Below are positions 23,601 through 35,461 of a stretch of 64,000 nt of DNA, piece after piece. A program made the translations under genes and the position numbers. How positions within the stretch are numbered: the first letter of the stretch is position 1; each line of letters starts with the position of its first letter. Origin of the DNA: Selaginella moellendorffii (lineage: Eukaryota; Plantae; Lycopodiophyta); assembly GCF_000143415.4 (NCBI RefSeq), contig NW_003314269.1:3392211-3456210 (forward strand), in the 5' to 3' direction. Below the pieces are notes generated by a model. That model worked only from the letters and a program-made list of their open reading frames with translations. It searched no databases and was not told the origin of the DNA.

Positions 23601-24554
23601 TGCACGGCCAGCCATCTCAATCAGAAGATCATGAAGGAGATGTCCAAGCTGAGGGGCCAGCTTTCGAGACTAGTTCGTCAACAGCTACTCGAGGATCTTT
23701 TGATTGGCTCCGGCCTGGAAGAAGGCTGGAAGCAGCTAAGCCGGAAGAAACTCAGCGCCAACGAAGAGAAGGCGCTCATCTGTGCACTCTGCGCGGGGTG
23801 GCCGGACAGAGTTGCGAGAAGAGTAACTCGTCGCGACAGGCTCGACACGGCCAAGTCACGCAAGAGAGGAATTCGTTACCAGGCCTCGTCGCTCCACGGA
23901 CAAGAGGATGGAGGAGACGAAGAGGGAGAGGGACGCAGCATCGTCTACCTCGGCCCGTCCTCCTCAACGTTTAGCTTCGCGTCGGACTTCGTCGTCTACA
24001 AGGAGATCGTGGAGACTTCCAGGCCTTACATGGCGTGCGTCTCGTCCATCGACGCACACGCTCTGGTGACCGAGGCAAGCTTCTTCTGCTCCTTCTCCAA
24101 GCCGCTCGACGATCCTCCGCCGTGGTATGACCGAGAAGCCGACCAAGTCAAGTGCTGGGTGTCCGTGACTTTCGGCCCCCACAACTGGCAGCTACCATTG
24201 CACGCCATGGAACTCCCGGCGGGGAGGAAGACGGTGGCGGTGTTTGCGTCGGCGTTGCTGGAGGGCCGAGTGCTGGCGAGCTTGGCTCCTCTGCGACCAT
24301 ATCTCGCTGCCGATCCGGCGATGCTGCTCAAGCCGGAGGCGATGGCGCACAAGAGGGTGGCGGAGCTGGTTTACAAGCTGGAGGAAGGATGGAAAACGGT
24401 GGTGGATAGCAGGAGAAAGCTTGCCGAGGCCTGGGACGATGGGGAGTTTTTGGTGGAAGAGATCGCGGCGTGGATCCAACGCAAGCACCAAGGGCTGCTC
24501 AGGACGCTCCGAGAGGCTGTCAAGTCCGAGCTAGATCTTCGAGGGACAGTTTAA
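20616..24554 (+). CDS. DHX37: DEAH-box RNA helicase, DHX37/Dhr1-like (multi-exon)
   Basis: [61 protein letters not shown]; the C-terminal domain is typical of plant DEAH13. Confidence 0.9.
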
Positions 24555-24886
24555 GCTTAACTTATAAACAAACTAAAACGTTTAGCATAAAGTTAACATT
24601 AAATCATTGGATATGCTGTAAGAGATTCGAGCCCACTGTCCACTTATTTTTAGGGCAATTCTTCCCAAAGTGATGAAACAAAAAATGCAGCCAACCGTGC
24701 ATTGTGTCCGTTAAGGGTTTTCCCCAGCCCCCGAGTTCTAGGGTTTCTTCGGGCGAGGGCGATCGATCGCGGCCGCGACGCATTCCAGGTTTGATTTGCA
24801 TTCCTTCTCTGTCGCTGCTGATCCCGAGAGAGCATGGGAATCAGTTGCGCGGCGGCCTGACAAGACGAGCGCCGGCGGCGGCTTGA

Positions 24887-26495
24887 ATGAACCCGGCATG
24901 GGTTCAGAACCGCTCGCCTATTTCTCATCATCTCACTCCCTCTCAGCTGTGCGCGAAAAATTCCTGGGCTCCACTCATGACTCACACCCGCGCAGCACTG
25001 TGCAAGGCGTTGTCGTCCATGACGATTAGTTCCGGCAAGAGGAGCTTGCAAGAACAAGTTGTAGCTCCTGGATCGAGGTGCGATGATTTCTTTCTGTTAT
25101 GGGAAGATTAAAGTTTTGTTCTTTTCATCGTTGTTTGGTACAGGTCTACTGCCACTGCCGCTTCTCAAATGGATAGTAGCGAAACAAAGCTGGGAGCTAC
25201 TGTTGCTTCGCGAGTCCCACAGATTGTCATTGGGAACCCCGAAGAGCTGGAGAGGAAAAAGCGTGCTATTAAAGCTGCTGGATTGTCTTCCTTGCAGGTA
25301 TGACTTGTAGAACATTATTATTCTATAAATTATTTCCTTGTCTACCAGGTCATTGCAGACTTCGACATGACCTTGACAAAATACATGGTCAATGGTACAA
25401 GAGGCCAAAGTAAGTTTTTTTTTTTTCCCCTTACTTTCAACCCCTTTTGCTCAGTTTTTTATTTACAAAATAAAAACAGGTACTCACGCGCTCTTGAACC
25501 AAGGAAACGCTGAATATGATTTAAAGCGTCAGCAGCTATTCGATCACTATTATCCTCTCGAGACATGTCCAACAATTCCTGTTGAACAGAAGACCAAACT
25601 TATGGAAGAGTGGTAAGTACTTGGGACGCAGTAGTATTGTTTATCTGATAGATATTCCCGTCTCAGGTGGGGAAAGACGCATAACCTTCTTGTAGAAGGC
25701 GGTCTTACCTTCAAAGCTATTCAAACCTCGGTGGCTAATGCTGTTATTGGTTTCCGGAGCGGCGTTGTCGAACTTCTTGAGATTTTAGAGGTAAAGTCTT
25801 TGTATAGTTTTGCTGCCTCTTACGTTAGATACCTTAGGCCAAGAGCGTCCCCGTTTTGATATTTTCTGCTGGTTTAGCTGATATCATCGAAGAGGTTATG
25901 CGCCAAAAGCTTCATCGTTCTTTCAAAAACATCCGTGTCGTATCAAATCGCATGGACTTTGATGGTGATGGCAATCTCCTGGGTTTCAAAGGTAGCGAGC
26001 TAGCTATCTACATTCGTACTGAAGTGCTTTGCGATCAACAGGGAAGCTGATACACGTTCTGAACAAGAACGAGCATTCCCTAGAGATGGCTGCTCCACTA
26101 CATGACGATCATGGCCACGAAGTCGTCAACAATGCCAAGAACGGGTACTCTCTTGTGCGAGACCGCAGGAACGTGATACTTCTGGGCGATCACATTGGAG
26201 ACCTCGGAATGTCGGATGGAGTTGACTATGACAACCGTATTACCATAGGATTCCTGTAAGTATTTCATCTATCTCACGGTGAAGGACGAAAACGTTTTCG
26301 TTCTTTTGCAGCAACGAGAACATAAACAGTTGGCTAAGCACCTACACAACCGCGTTTGATATCGTTGTTCTGGTAAGAACACTCTCTCTAAGTCTACGCA
26401 AAACTTCGTGTTCTTCTGCTAACTCTTTTGGCGCCCCGCAGAACGACGGAGCGATGACGAGCGTCCTAGATCTCATTCAAGAACTGTCCCGGTAG
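24887..26495 (+). CDS. Pyrimidine/7-methylguanosine 5'-nucleotidase (cN-III/UMPH-1 family) with a possible N-terminal extension (alternative start 25169)
   Basis: VIADFDMTLT, KTKLMEEWW, IFSAGLADIIE, VSNRMDF, LLGDHIGDLGM; exon 24887-25077 splices in frame to 25144. Confidence 0.88.
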
Positions 26496-26594
26496 CCGAC
26501 GTTACAGCGTCACAACCGGTTGAAGCATCCGTCGTAAAACTTCCCAGAATCCAGGTAGCTAAGCAAACCCTGAATAAATCTTTCTCTCTCCCTC

Positions 26595-27236
26595 TTAGAT
26601 TGCAACTTTAGCACGCTTGGTTCTCGTTCGTGGCGGCTTACCGAGCGTCCACTTCTTGTTGCAGGGCACGCACTTATACCTTATCTGGTCCTTGCGATAG
26701 TTATTGAAGTCGTAGAACCTCGTGCGCCAAAACTCGTCACACCTCGGGCACAAAGCGTGATCCGGCAGAGTCTCTCGGATTCTCCTGAGCTCCTCCCGTT
26801 CCTCGGGAGTGATCTTGGAGGTGGCGTTCTTCCTCGCCTCGGCTTTGGGCTCGTCAACTCTTTTGGAGGCGGGCCTGGAAATCCTCTTGGGCTTCTCGGC
26901 TTTGGTCTTCCTCGGCGCGGCAACACTTTTGGAGGTGGGCCTGGATTTTCTCTTGGGCTTGGGCTTCGTGGGCTTTTCTTCCTCTTCGTCGTCCTGTCCC
27001 AGATCCATACAGGCGAATCTAAGAGGCCGCCTGGTAGCTCTCTTGGAGATTACTGGCTTGGGCTCCTCGAGCGCCTGGGGATCCCAGGGAGGGCAGCTCA
27101 AACCCGCCCATGGATCACCATCATCGACATGCAGCCTAGTAAACTTGCCTTGATCTTCGTTGAGATCGTCCAGCGCGAGATCATTCATCCCGAGATCATC
27201 CACCATGAAATCGCAAGAGAACACATCCAAACTCAT
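26595..27236 (-). CDS. Intronless protein with a divergent C-terminal Dof-like C2C2 zinc finger
   Basis: CPRC-x22-CVPC containing T.F..FNNY...Q.RY.C..C...WT.G. Confidence 0.7.
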   Translation of the reverse strand: MSLDVFSCDFMVDDLGMNDLALDDLNEDQGKFTRLHVDDGDPWAGLSCPPWDPQALEEPKPVISKRATRRPLRFACMDLGQDDEEEEKPTKPKPKRKSRPTSKSVAAPRKTKAEKPKRISRPASKRVDEPKAEARKNATSKITPEEREELRRIRETLPDHALCPRCDEFWRTRFYDFNNYRKDQIRYKCVPCNKKWTLGKPPRTRTKRAKVAI

Positions 27237-27380
27237 GACGAGCAACCCCAACAGTATATTCTCTTTGAGGGTGGCGTAGGGTTAAAGAAACACTTAAACC
27301 TCGTACTTCGAATATTCTAAGAGTCTAATTAGGGAAAACAAAACAAATATCTTATAGACGTTATTTTAGGGTTCTTGGCC

Positions 27381-28472
27381 ATGGCGAGAGGCTACCTGGT
27401 CGTGTACAATGTAGCGCAGGCGGGAGGCTGGTGAGCACAGCGCTGTGTTTTCCTTGCTAAATTTCATGGGATTCTAGGGCTTTGCTACTCGCGCGGCTGC
27501 TCTTGGCGCCAGGAGAGGTGAAAACGGGAGAAATTCGCCTCGCATGTAAAACTTTCTGTCGAAATTTCGGCTCTCGATTCCATTTCTCAATCCCTACGTT
27601 TCTGGCTGTGAAGATTACCTCCAGTTCTTTGCGCTGTTAGAAGTGATACATTCTTTGCTCGGTGAGAAATTTGTTTCTTCCCCGTTAAATACTCGAAAAT
27701 CTTCTTCTAACTTTTACAGGCCTTGTTCGGAGTGGACCTCTCACAGCGTTGCTGCAATGGGGTGGGAGATTTCACGTCATCGCTGCAGTCGTGGCTCCAA
27801 TCGAAGAAGTACATGAATTCTGTTTGATCGTAGAGAAACGAACGCTTTAATCTCTTTCCTTTCGTGTCAGATCCAAAACAGCCCCTGCCTCGTCACATTG
27901 CTTGGAGCTTGGTCGCTTTCGGAGGTTCGCACTTTCTCTCTTCACTGGTCCTCCAAAAGTCTCTTTCAGGTGATACGATATCCACAATACGTGGCTAGCA
28001 TTCTTGGAACGTGTCCACCATGGCTAACTTGGACGAGGCAAGAAAAGCTTCACTCTAACTGGCGAAACTCTGTAGAAACTTTTTTTCTTACAGATATTCT
28101 GGTTTCATTGTGCTCTATCCAATTGGGTTCTTCTCTGAAAGTAAGTTCGGAAACCAGCCTATCCCACTTTTTTGTTTGTTTTATTCTTGATTTTGTTTGC
28201 AGTGCATTTGATGTATTCTGCCTTGCCCTTCATCCGCAAGGAAAAGATGTACTCAAGTTTCTTCAGATGGGCTCCATTCGGCTATCACGGCTTTATAAAG
28301 GCAAGAGCCAGCAATTCCAGTTTTCAGTTATTTTATCTTTGTTTCTTTGTGTTCTTCGCTTTTATCACAGGCTTTGCTAGTCATATATCCCGGCTTTGCG
28401 TTGTTCCTCTACGCACACATGCTTTCACAGCGACGGGCAAAGCTACGACTTACACCAGAAAAAAAAAGGTAG
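27381..28472 (+). CDS. Very-long-chain 3-hydroxyacyl-CoA dehydratase (PTPLA/HACD/PAS2 family)
   Basis: YLVVYNVAQAGGW, LEVIHSL.GLVRS, QWGGR, WSLSEVIRYP, WTRYSGFIVLYPIG..E, LYAHMLSQR; two GC-AG introns. Confidence 0.88.
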
Positions 28473-28560
28473 AAAAAACTAAAACTTTTTTCAATACTGA
28501 CCAATTGTTTCACAGAGAATAGCGATTTTTTACAGAGCCAATCCAATCGATCCAGCGGCT

Positions 28561-29719
28561 TTAAAAAATGTAATACATGGGATTCGGCAGCTTGAAGGTT
28601 CTGTTTCCAGCGGCGGGACCAATCAAGTCGCTCCACTGGTCGCCAATACTGGCACGTATACGGTATCCCTTTCTCTCGAGTTGCATCCTTCTACTCGACT
28701 TATAATTTACTGCTGTGGTTCCAACTTCGTTCTGGAATCTAGACGTAAAGAGAAGCAAACCAAAATACCAAACAGATCGTGAGAGCCAAGCGCGAAACGA
28801 GAAAGCTTACCTTAGATTCAAAGACATCCAGTCGGAGAAGCCGGCTTTGAAGAGATTCTCCGCGGTCTTGTTTCGTTGCTGCTCGGGCCTCCCGGTAATG
28901 AAGATCATGGACCAGTTCGCGTCCACCATCTGGCGATACAGAGAAAGCATCGATCTCAGAGGCGGGGCTCTGGCCTGGTCCACCCATTCGTTCCACGCGG
29001 TCACGTTATATTGCTCTACACTGCCATGAAGAAGCTTTGGATCAAGAGAAAGGATCGAACGAAGAATGGTTTTTTTACCCGAATTGATGCTCGGTGTAGT
29101 ATGGAACGTTGGAGAGCACAGTGTCATCGATGTCCAGGACAATGGCGTCCAACCCATCGCCACCAGGAGCGATGGTCTCCAAGTAGCTCCTGGCAGCGCC
29201 CACGGCCGCTTCGACATCCAAGAGGTACTGCCCATTGATCATGTAATTCCCGACGTAGCTGGAGCACTCCCTGGGGAGGAGCCAGCCCTGGAGGTTATTC
29301 ATCTCCGCGTTGAGCCGGAAGCTCTCGCAGGGATTCCCACGGGCTTCTTCCTGACGAGGAGGAGGAGCCCGGATCATCTCGCCCCATGATCCGTGAAGTA
29401 GCATCGGCTGGCTCTGGCACGACCCCAGCATCACCGAGAGCGTGACAACGAGCGTGAAGAGGAGGATGCCGATGGTGGCCACCGAGGAGAGGAGGATTGT
29501 GACGGCGAGCGAGGAGAGATAGATGCCCGCGTCGTCGATCTGGACGTATCTGTTGCCAAATTCTGGAAAAAAAAAACAAAAAAAGAGGTGAGATTACAGC
29601 GCTCCCGGAGCTCCTGGATGGGATCTTTACTGGGATTTGGGCCAAATACCTGATCCTCGCCGGCTGAGCAGCGATTGCGTCGACTCGGATGCTTCCAATC
29701 GCTGGCCGTATGACGACAT
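28561..29719 (-). CDS. HAD class IIIB acid phosphatase (VSP-like) with an N-terminal TM segment
   Basis: CESFRLNAEMNN, VLDIDDTVLSN, FITGR, IGDQWSDL, RTFKLPNPMY; first exon MSSYGQRLEASES... Confidence 0.9.
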
Positions 29720-30001
29720 TAGAGGGCCAGAATCAGCGTCATTCATAAATCCAGAGATGAAATTGCTTGTGGGAGAGAATGCGGCTCGACAGAGATCGAT
29801 CGAGCGCGCCGAGAATTCTCTTCCTCCACGCTTGCCTAGAACCCTAGCTCCTTTGAGTTGATGGCTTATCTTTTCACGAAAATCGCCCGTGGAGTGATCG
29901 CAACCGTTGAATTCTAAGACTTTTAACGGGTATCCAACGCTTAATTTTAAAAAATCCATTCACAAGAGAGGAATTTAGGGTTCTTGGGCAGGAAGAATTA
30001 A

Positions 30002-31396
30002 TCACTGCGAGGAATCGCATTGCGATGGCGCCCATCCAATCTTGCTGCTCCCGATGTCGTACATCACGCGGAAGTTCTGCTGCATCATATTTCCATAGAT
30101 CCCGATGTCCATGTTGGAGCTCACCATCGCCAGGCACACGATCGTCCCGGCATCGTTGGCGGCGATGAAGTAGTTCTCCACCGGCAGCTGGTAATCCGCG
30201 CCCTCGAAGTGGAACACCATCGCCGGGATCTTCATCTTGTAGCTCGCCTTGGATCCCGAGACATCGTAGCACAGGTCAAGCCCCGCGGAGGATCCATCGA
30301 TCTTAGGGAAGGAAATCTTGGATCGCAGCGCCCGGAGCACGATCTGGTAAGGCGCATCTGGCAGGAGCGTCAGGGTCGTCCCGGAATCGAAGATCATCCC
30401 GCCGCTTCCATCGGGTTTGATGTCGAAGGATCCCGCTGGGATTCGCAGCGCCCGCCCAGCGATGCTGATGTCCTTGAGCTTGACGTAGTAGAAGCTCTCC
30501 ATGGCCGGGTTGTGGATCATAGGGGTGAAAGCGTAGTGGAGTTTCTTCCCGGAGGAGTGGGAGGAGCTTTCATCGCCGAAGAACATTGGGCTGGTTTTGC
30601 TGGGGGCGTCTCGCCATGGAACCAAGCAGTAGGAGAATTTGTGGCCGAAGAGATCGCCCAGCTGGGAGACGAACGAGAGATTGCCCCGGCCGAGACCCAC
30701 GAGGCCAGAGGCGTCATTGAAGCTCCCGCGATTGAGATGGCCGCAGCCGAAGGCGATGTTCTTGGCAGCCAGCTTCTCTCCCTGGGTGCTCGTCAAGGTG
30801 ACGGTCTCGGACGACAGCGTTCCTCGGGTTCCAGAGCCATCGCCATAGCCGTAGGAGTAGTCGCAGTCCGGGGAGCACGACTTCCTCGGCAAGGAATCGC
30901 AGAGGGTGTCGCCGCAGGACATGGTGGTGTAGGATGACGAGCCTTCCGGATCGAAGATTGGATCCTTCTGGTTGAAGCACGCCTGGCACGGCTTGCACTG
31001 GATCCATATCAGATCGCTGCCGGTGTCCGCGATCACGGAGAACACCTTGGCTGGAGTTCCCAGGGAGATCGTCGTGACGTAGTCACCACCGCCGGAGGCG
31101 ACGGGGCTCTCGTAGTCGGTGCTCACGGACGGCGGGTATGGAACCTCGCTGGTGATGAGAGACGAGGCGGCGAGCTTGCTCCTCAGCGCCTGGACCATCC
31201 GGTTTGCCCGAAAGGTGGTCTTCTTCGCCATGCACGACAGCTTGTGGAGAAGCGGATCCCCCAAACCTGAGCTCGCGAGATCGTTGCACGAGACGTTGCG
31301 CATTGTGAGGTCCATTCTCAAGACCGGGGAGGGCGAGACGAAGCTGGACAGGAGGCTGACTAGGAGAAATGCTAGACGAAAGAACGCTGGAGCCAT
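30002..31396 (-). CDS. Secreted nepenthesin-like aspartic protease (intronless)
   Basis: Signal peptide, DTGSDLIWIQC and DSGTT catalytic motifs, GNMMQQNF. Confidence 0.95.
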   Translation of the reverse strand: MAPAFFRLAFLLVSLLSSFVSPSPVLRMDLTMRNVSCNDLASSGLGDPLLHKLSCMAKKTTFRANRMVQALRSKLAASSLITSEVPYPPSVSTDYESPVASGGGDYVTTISLGTPAKVFSVIADTGSDLIWIQCKPCQACFNQKDPIFDPEGSSSYTTMSCGDTLCDSLPRKSCSPDCDYSYGYGDGSGTRGTLSSETVTLTSTQGEKLAAKNIAFGCGHLNRGSFNDASGLVGLGRGNLSFVSQLGDLFGHKFSYCLVPWRDAPSKTSPMFFGDESSSHSSGKKLHYAFTPMIHNPAMESFYYVKLKDISIAGRALRIPAGSFDIKPDGSGGMIFDSGTTLTLLPDAPYQIVLRALRSKISFPKIDGSSAGLDLCYDVSGSKASYKMKIPAMVFHFEGADYQLPVENYFIAANDAGTIVCLAMVSSNMDIGIYGNMMQQNFRVMYDIGSSKIGWAPSQCDSSQ

Positions 31397-33039
31397 GGAG
31401 GATGATTGATCTATAGAGACAGTGGTCAGAGGATCGATTACTTGTTCTTGGCAAGGACGAGGACGAAGTGGAGCGAGTGAAAGAGGAAGCAGGCGAGCAT
31501 CAAAGGGACCATCTTTTGGTAAGAACTTGATGCTCAGTTTTATTTTATAGCAGCGGAGGAGGATTGCTTGGCTTGTGGATAAGAGTTGCGTGGAAGGAAT
31601 GCTCCTCAGGAAGGGGTGTTGTTGGAAGAATAGGTCGCAAAATATATGAGAAGCAAAGGACGTAAGGCAACTGAAAATCCCGGGAAGCAAGCAATCTATT
31701 AGGTGAGGACCGTGGTTATAAGAAATCATGATTACAATGTTTCAATTTTAACTTTTAAGAATAGTATCAAACATGAATTATAATGAATAATAAGCACATG
31801 ATGAATTGCAAAATACAAAAACTGCCTTGAAAAAAAAGATCCAGAAATTTTATTTTCTAACAAAACATTTTTGAATCTTATATAGATTTAGTTAACGATT
31901 TAGTGTTTAATGTTGTTTGATATATAAAATACAAAACTAAGTTACAATTATTTTCCTTTACTAAATTTGCATTTTCATGATAATTTTAATATTTACAATA
32001 TGTATTTGAATGCTAAATAACAATTTATCATAAAAATATAAAACTAAATTTCCATCTTCTTGTAGTCTTAAACTGCATTTGAAGCATTTATTTGATGATT
32101 TTGTTGACCATAAAATTTTATTTAGTGAATAAATTATTAAATTAAAATAAATATCAATGTGCCTTTTTATTTAAGGAGATTAAAAATTGTGATTGTAATA
32201 AATATTGATGGGGCATATTAGTGTAACCACTTATTAAGGTATATGTAAAAATGTCACATTTAATATTTATATTATATATGTGTTTATATCTATATTTTAA
32301 TTAACATTTTGAAAATTATAGTTTCTAAAAAATAGTAAATAATAAAATGAATTTTTTTAATAATAATATATGAAGCAGTTGAAATTAATATTTGACAAGT
32401 AAAATTTCTTAAAATTTCATATAATGAACTTCTCATAATAGATCCTCCATTTGAATTACCATCATTATCGACATAACAAATTTGAAAAACTGTATCTAAA
32501 GCATAAATACCAAATTATATAATATCAGAAATATCTCCATAGAAACTTTGACCTAAAGGAATTATATTGTCTAGTATTCTACTAATTTATTTTGAAATAG
32601 TAAATATGTTTTGCTACTTCTCTAGTTATAGCATTAAGTTTGCCTGTTTCATATTCAATATCTTCAGAAAAAGTGCATGCAAATGTTAAAAATATCAAAG
32701 TAGGTAATACAAACCATGCAATCATTATGTTTTATCACTTTTAGCCCCTACAATATGAAAAATATAAAGGAATTCACCTAATCTCTTTCTCTCTCTATTA
32801 TATATTATATGTATATTTAACATATTATATTTAAATAAAGACTTAAAATAATTATTTAATTCTGAGTTTTAAGAATAGTAAAGCTTCTTCCTATAGATAA
32901 TAATAATATGTATATATGTGAGGACAAGTGTAAGATGGCAATGCTACTGCAAATATAACTTCCATTTGTACGCTTTCTAAAATACATCCTATGCTCTTTT
33001 TTATTCAGAAAGTCACTATGAGGTGTTGCACATTAACTG

Positions 33040-33900
33040 GAGCAAGGTAGACAGAATCATGTAAAGTAAAGTAAAGTTTAATGATCAAAGCTTTCAAGAT
33101 TTGTCTTTAATGAAGACTTATTAGAGTATAGAAAGCTAAATAATAAACTATTTCATGCATTAAAATTATATTGTAAAAACATAACTTGTACAAGTCTTTG
33201 GTATAATTACATCATAATCCTATATTTTATACCAGTGTTCTTCATCACATTTTTATCCTTCTTGTATATCTTACTCTAATGTCAATCTCCTAATATATTG
33301 TTATCTAGCTTTTGTGGGAGGGAGGTGATTATAACATTATTCTTATCTACTATAATTATAACATCAATTAGAGTAACATTAAAATCCCTACTAAATCCTT
33401 CTTCAATCACGATAGTGATCACTAACATTGCTATTGGGTTAAAATCTAAAAGTCTATCCACTAAATCCCACTAACTTTTAAGACTTCTTCATTATGCAGC
33501 CACATCCTTGATTACTAATCAAAAGAACCACTTTTCTTTTTGTCCATAATCAAGGATTTTCGAATAAGATTTTGAATATTGCAACTTAGTATAAGCTTTA
33601 AAGGTATTCTCCCCACCTTCAACCACCAAAATGCCCTAGTTATTTGGCTAGAACAAAGTTTCAATAAGCCATATTAGATATTCAAATAAGTAATGCCACC
33701 CATACTTGGATTGGGAGTATTAACAATTTAATTTCCCAAAGGAGTTAGAATTATCTTTTGAACACTTTATCAAGTCACTTCATTTGTCTATTCATATTCA
33801 TGTTAGCCTTGAACTCCTTAATATTCATATTATTACCCACCACATAAGTATGCCTTATTTGCATTGGTTTCCTTGAAATCCCTCCTTTCACTATTCCACA
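33040..33900 (-). mobile_element. Possible heavily decayed LINE RT remnant
   Basis: Faint minus-strand motifs (a KAFD-like stretch at ~33085-33105 and P..YGG-like at ~33700) in AT-rich DNA with no ORF. Confidence 0.25.
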
Positions 33901-34199
33901 TAGACTTACTAAATCCCTCAAGGTTTGTCCCTCATATTTGATAATACTTGCCACATGTTAGTCATTCATTTTATCATTTTCTAAAAACCACTTATCAACT
34001 ACTTTATGCTGATTTCAATTGCTTCATACTTATTCCTCAAGTGCTTTTTAAAGTTATTCTCAACTTTTTGACTTAGAGTTTTTAGTTCAAATGTGTTATG
34101 CTTGTTAAACTTTCACTTTTGACAGACACAACTTTAACTCTGTTTTGGGATTTAAGGATTTGTGTCTTTAAACATAGTTGTTGTAAGATAACTGTATTA

Positions 34200-35004
34200 C
34201 AATTGATTGTAAGTGACTAAAGTGAATAATTTGAAAAACAATTAATTAAGGTTCAAATATAGACCCATAATAAAAGTATAGTCTATTTGACAATCGGTTA
34301 AATATTTTAAAAAAATATGGAGTTAAGTATTCTTGAGTCTTGATAGTATTGGGATGAATGACCTTCCAAAAAATTTGAATTTAGAAGTTTACACATAATA
34401 GTAAAGAGGTTTTACTTCTAACTCTATTAAAGTCCAAATTCAATAGCTTACATTTGTAATAAAAAAATTTTAGGTCTAACTTTATTAAAGTACAAATTCA
34501 TGAGCTTATGTTTGGCATTAAAATAGTCTTAAATTCGACTTTGTTGAAGTCCAAATTTAAAAGTTTATATTTAGTATTAGAGAGGTCTTAACTCCAAACT
34601 CTGTTGCTAAGGGTATCAAAAAGATTTCAAGTTTAACTTTATTAAAGTTTAAATTTAAGAGCATATTTGGTATTAAAGAGGTTTCAAGTTTGACTCTATT
34701 GATTAGATAAAAGAATCACACCAAATGTTAATATTGATATTTAAGGATTTGGTTTGTTCTCATTGGGCTAAACAAGGGATACATTTTAGCTTCAGTTTAT
34801 GAAGGTATGAATTTTAGAGAATTGTAAGCAATTAAATAGTATGACTTAAAAGATAATTCATTAGGTCAAATATAAAGAGAAAATGTTTATAAATAAAATT
34901 ACACCTCCTTTTTCAATCAATTAAAAGTTTTTAAATATGTGTAGCTAAGTATCTTTGAGTAAAGGTTTGAGTAATATTAGGATGGGTGACTTCCCAAGAA
35001 GTTT
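34200..35004 (+). mobile_element. Decayed Cassandra-like element: two direct 5S-derived segments ~620 bp apart
   Basis: 34320-34376 AGTTAAG...TAGTATTGGGATGAATGACCTTCC and 34942-35004 ...GTAATATTAGGATGGGTGACTTCCCAAGAAGT, versus 5S GTAGTACTAGGATGGGTGACCTCCTGGGAAGT. Confidence 0.6.
34380..34700. repeat. Degenerate ~59-bp tandem repeat (~5 units)
   Basis: Recurrent ACTYTRTTRAAGTCCAAATT...TTTGGTATTAAAGAGG-like units. Confidence 0.7.
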
Positions 35005-35053
35005 TAATTTAAAATTTTATATAATGATTTATAAAATTTAATGAATATAATGC

Positions 35054-35227
35054 TGTGAGGGCCAAGTGTACGGTTACGATGCCGTATACTAATATTAGCG
35101 TAGTGGATTTTGGTAGCCGTCGGATTGGTTTCAATCCGGACCACTCGCTCCTATATATAAACTAGGGTTTTTGGGCTAATTGATATACACATTTCTGTAT
35201 TCCCTTTTCATATTCCATGCACTCACA
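35054..35227 (+). repeat. 5' LTR (174 bp)
   Basis: Matches 39891-40064 with 5 substitutions by my count, all transitions. Confidence 0.97.
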
Positions 35228-35228
35228 T

Positions 35229-35244
35229 TGGTGGAGGTGAGGGG
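35229..35244 (+). promoter_or_regulatory. Primer-binding site, tRNA-Ala-like
   Basis: TGGTGGAGGTGAGGGG directly after the LTR; resembles the complement of the tRNA-Ala 3' end. Confidence 0.6.
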
Positions 35245-35461
35245 CACCTTTGATTGTCCCTGGGGAGTGCTTGGATTTGGGATTTCGGTCTAGATCTAGC
35301 TTTTGCATCGTCTAGATCTAGCTTTTTCCATTTCCTTTCTTTTGTTCTTTCCTTTCAGGATTTTGGTTTCGATCTAGCTTTTTGCATTGTCTAGATCTAC
35401 CATTTCTTTCCAGCTTTTTTGTCATTTCTCTTCTTTTGCTCTTTCTTTTTCGTTCATCTTC

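Noticed and set aside
31397-31729. 111-aa N-terminal extension of the aspartic protease ORF
   Set aside because: The signal peptide starts at ATG 31396, and the extension spans a TATA-like promoter region.
34320-35004. Functional 5S rRNA genes
   Set aside because: Only the internal ~55 nt match, with heavy decay; the 5' and 3' parts of 5S are missing.
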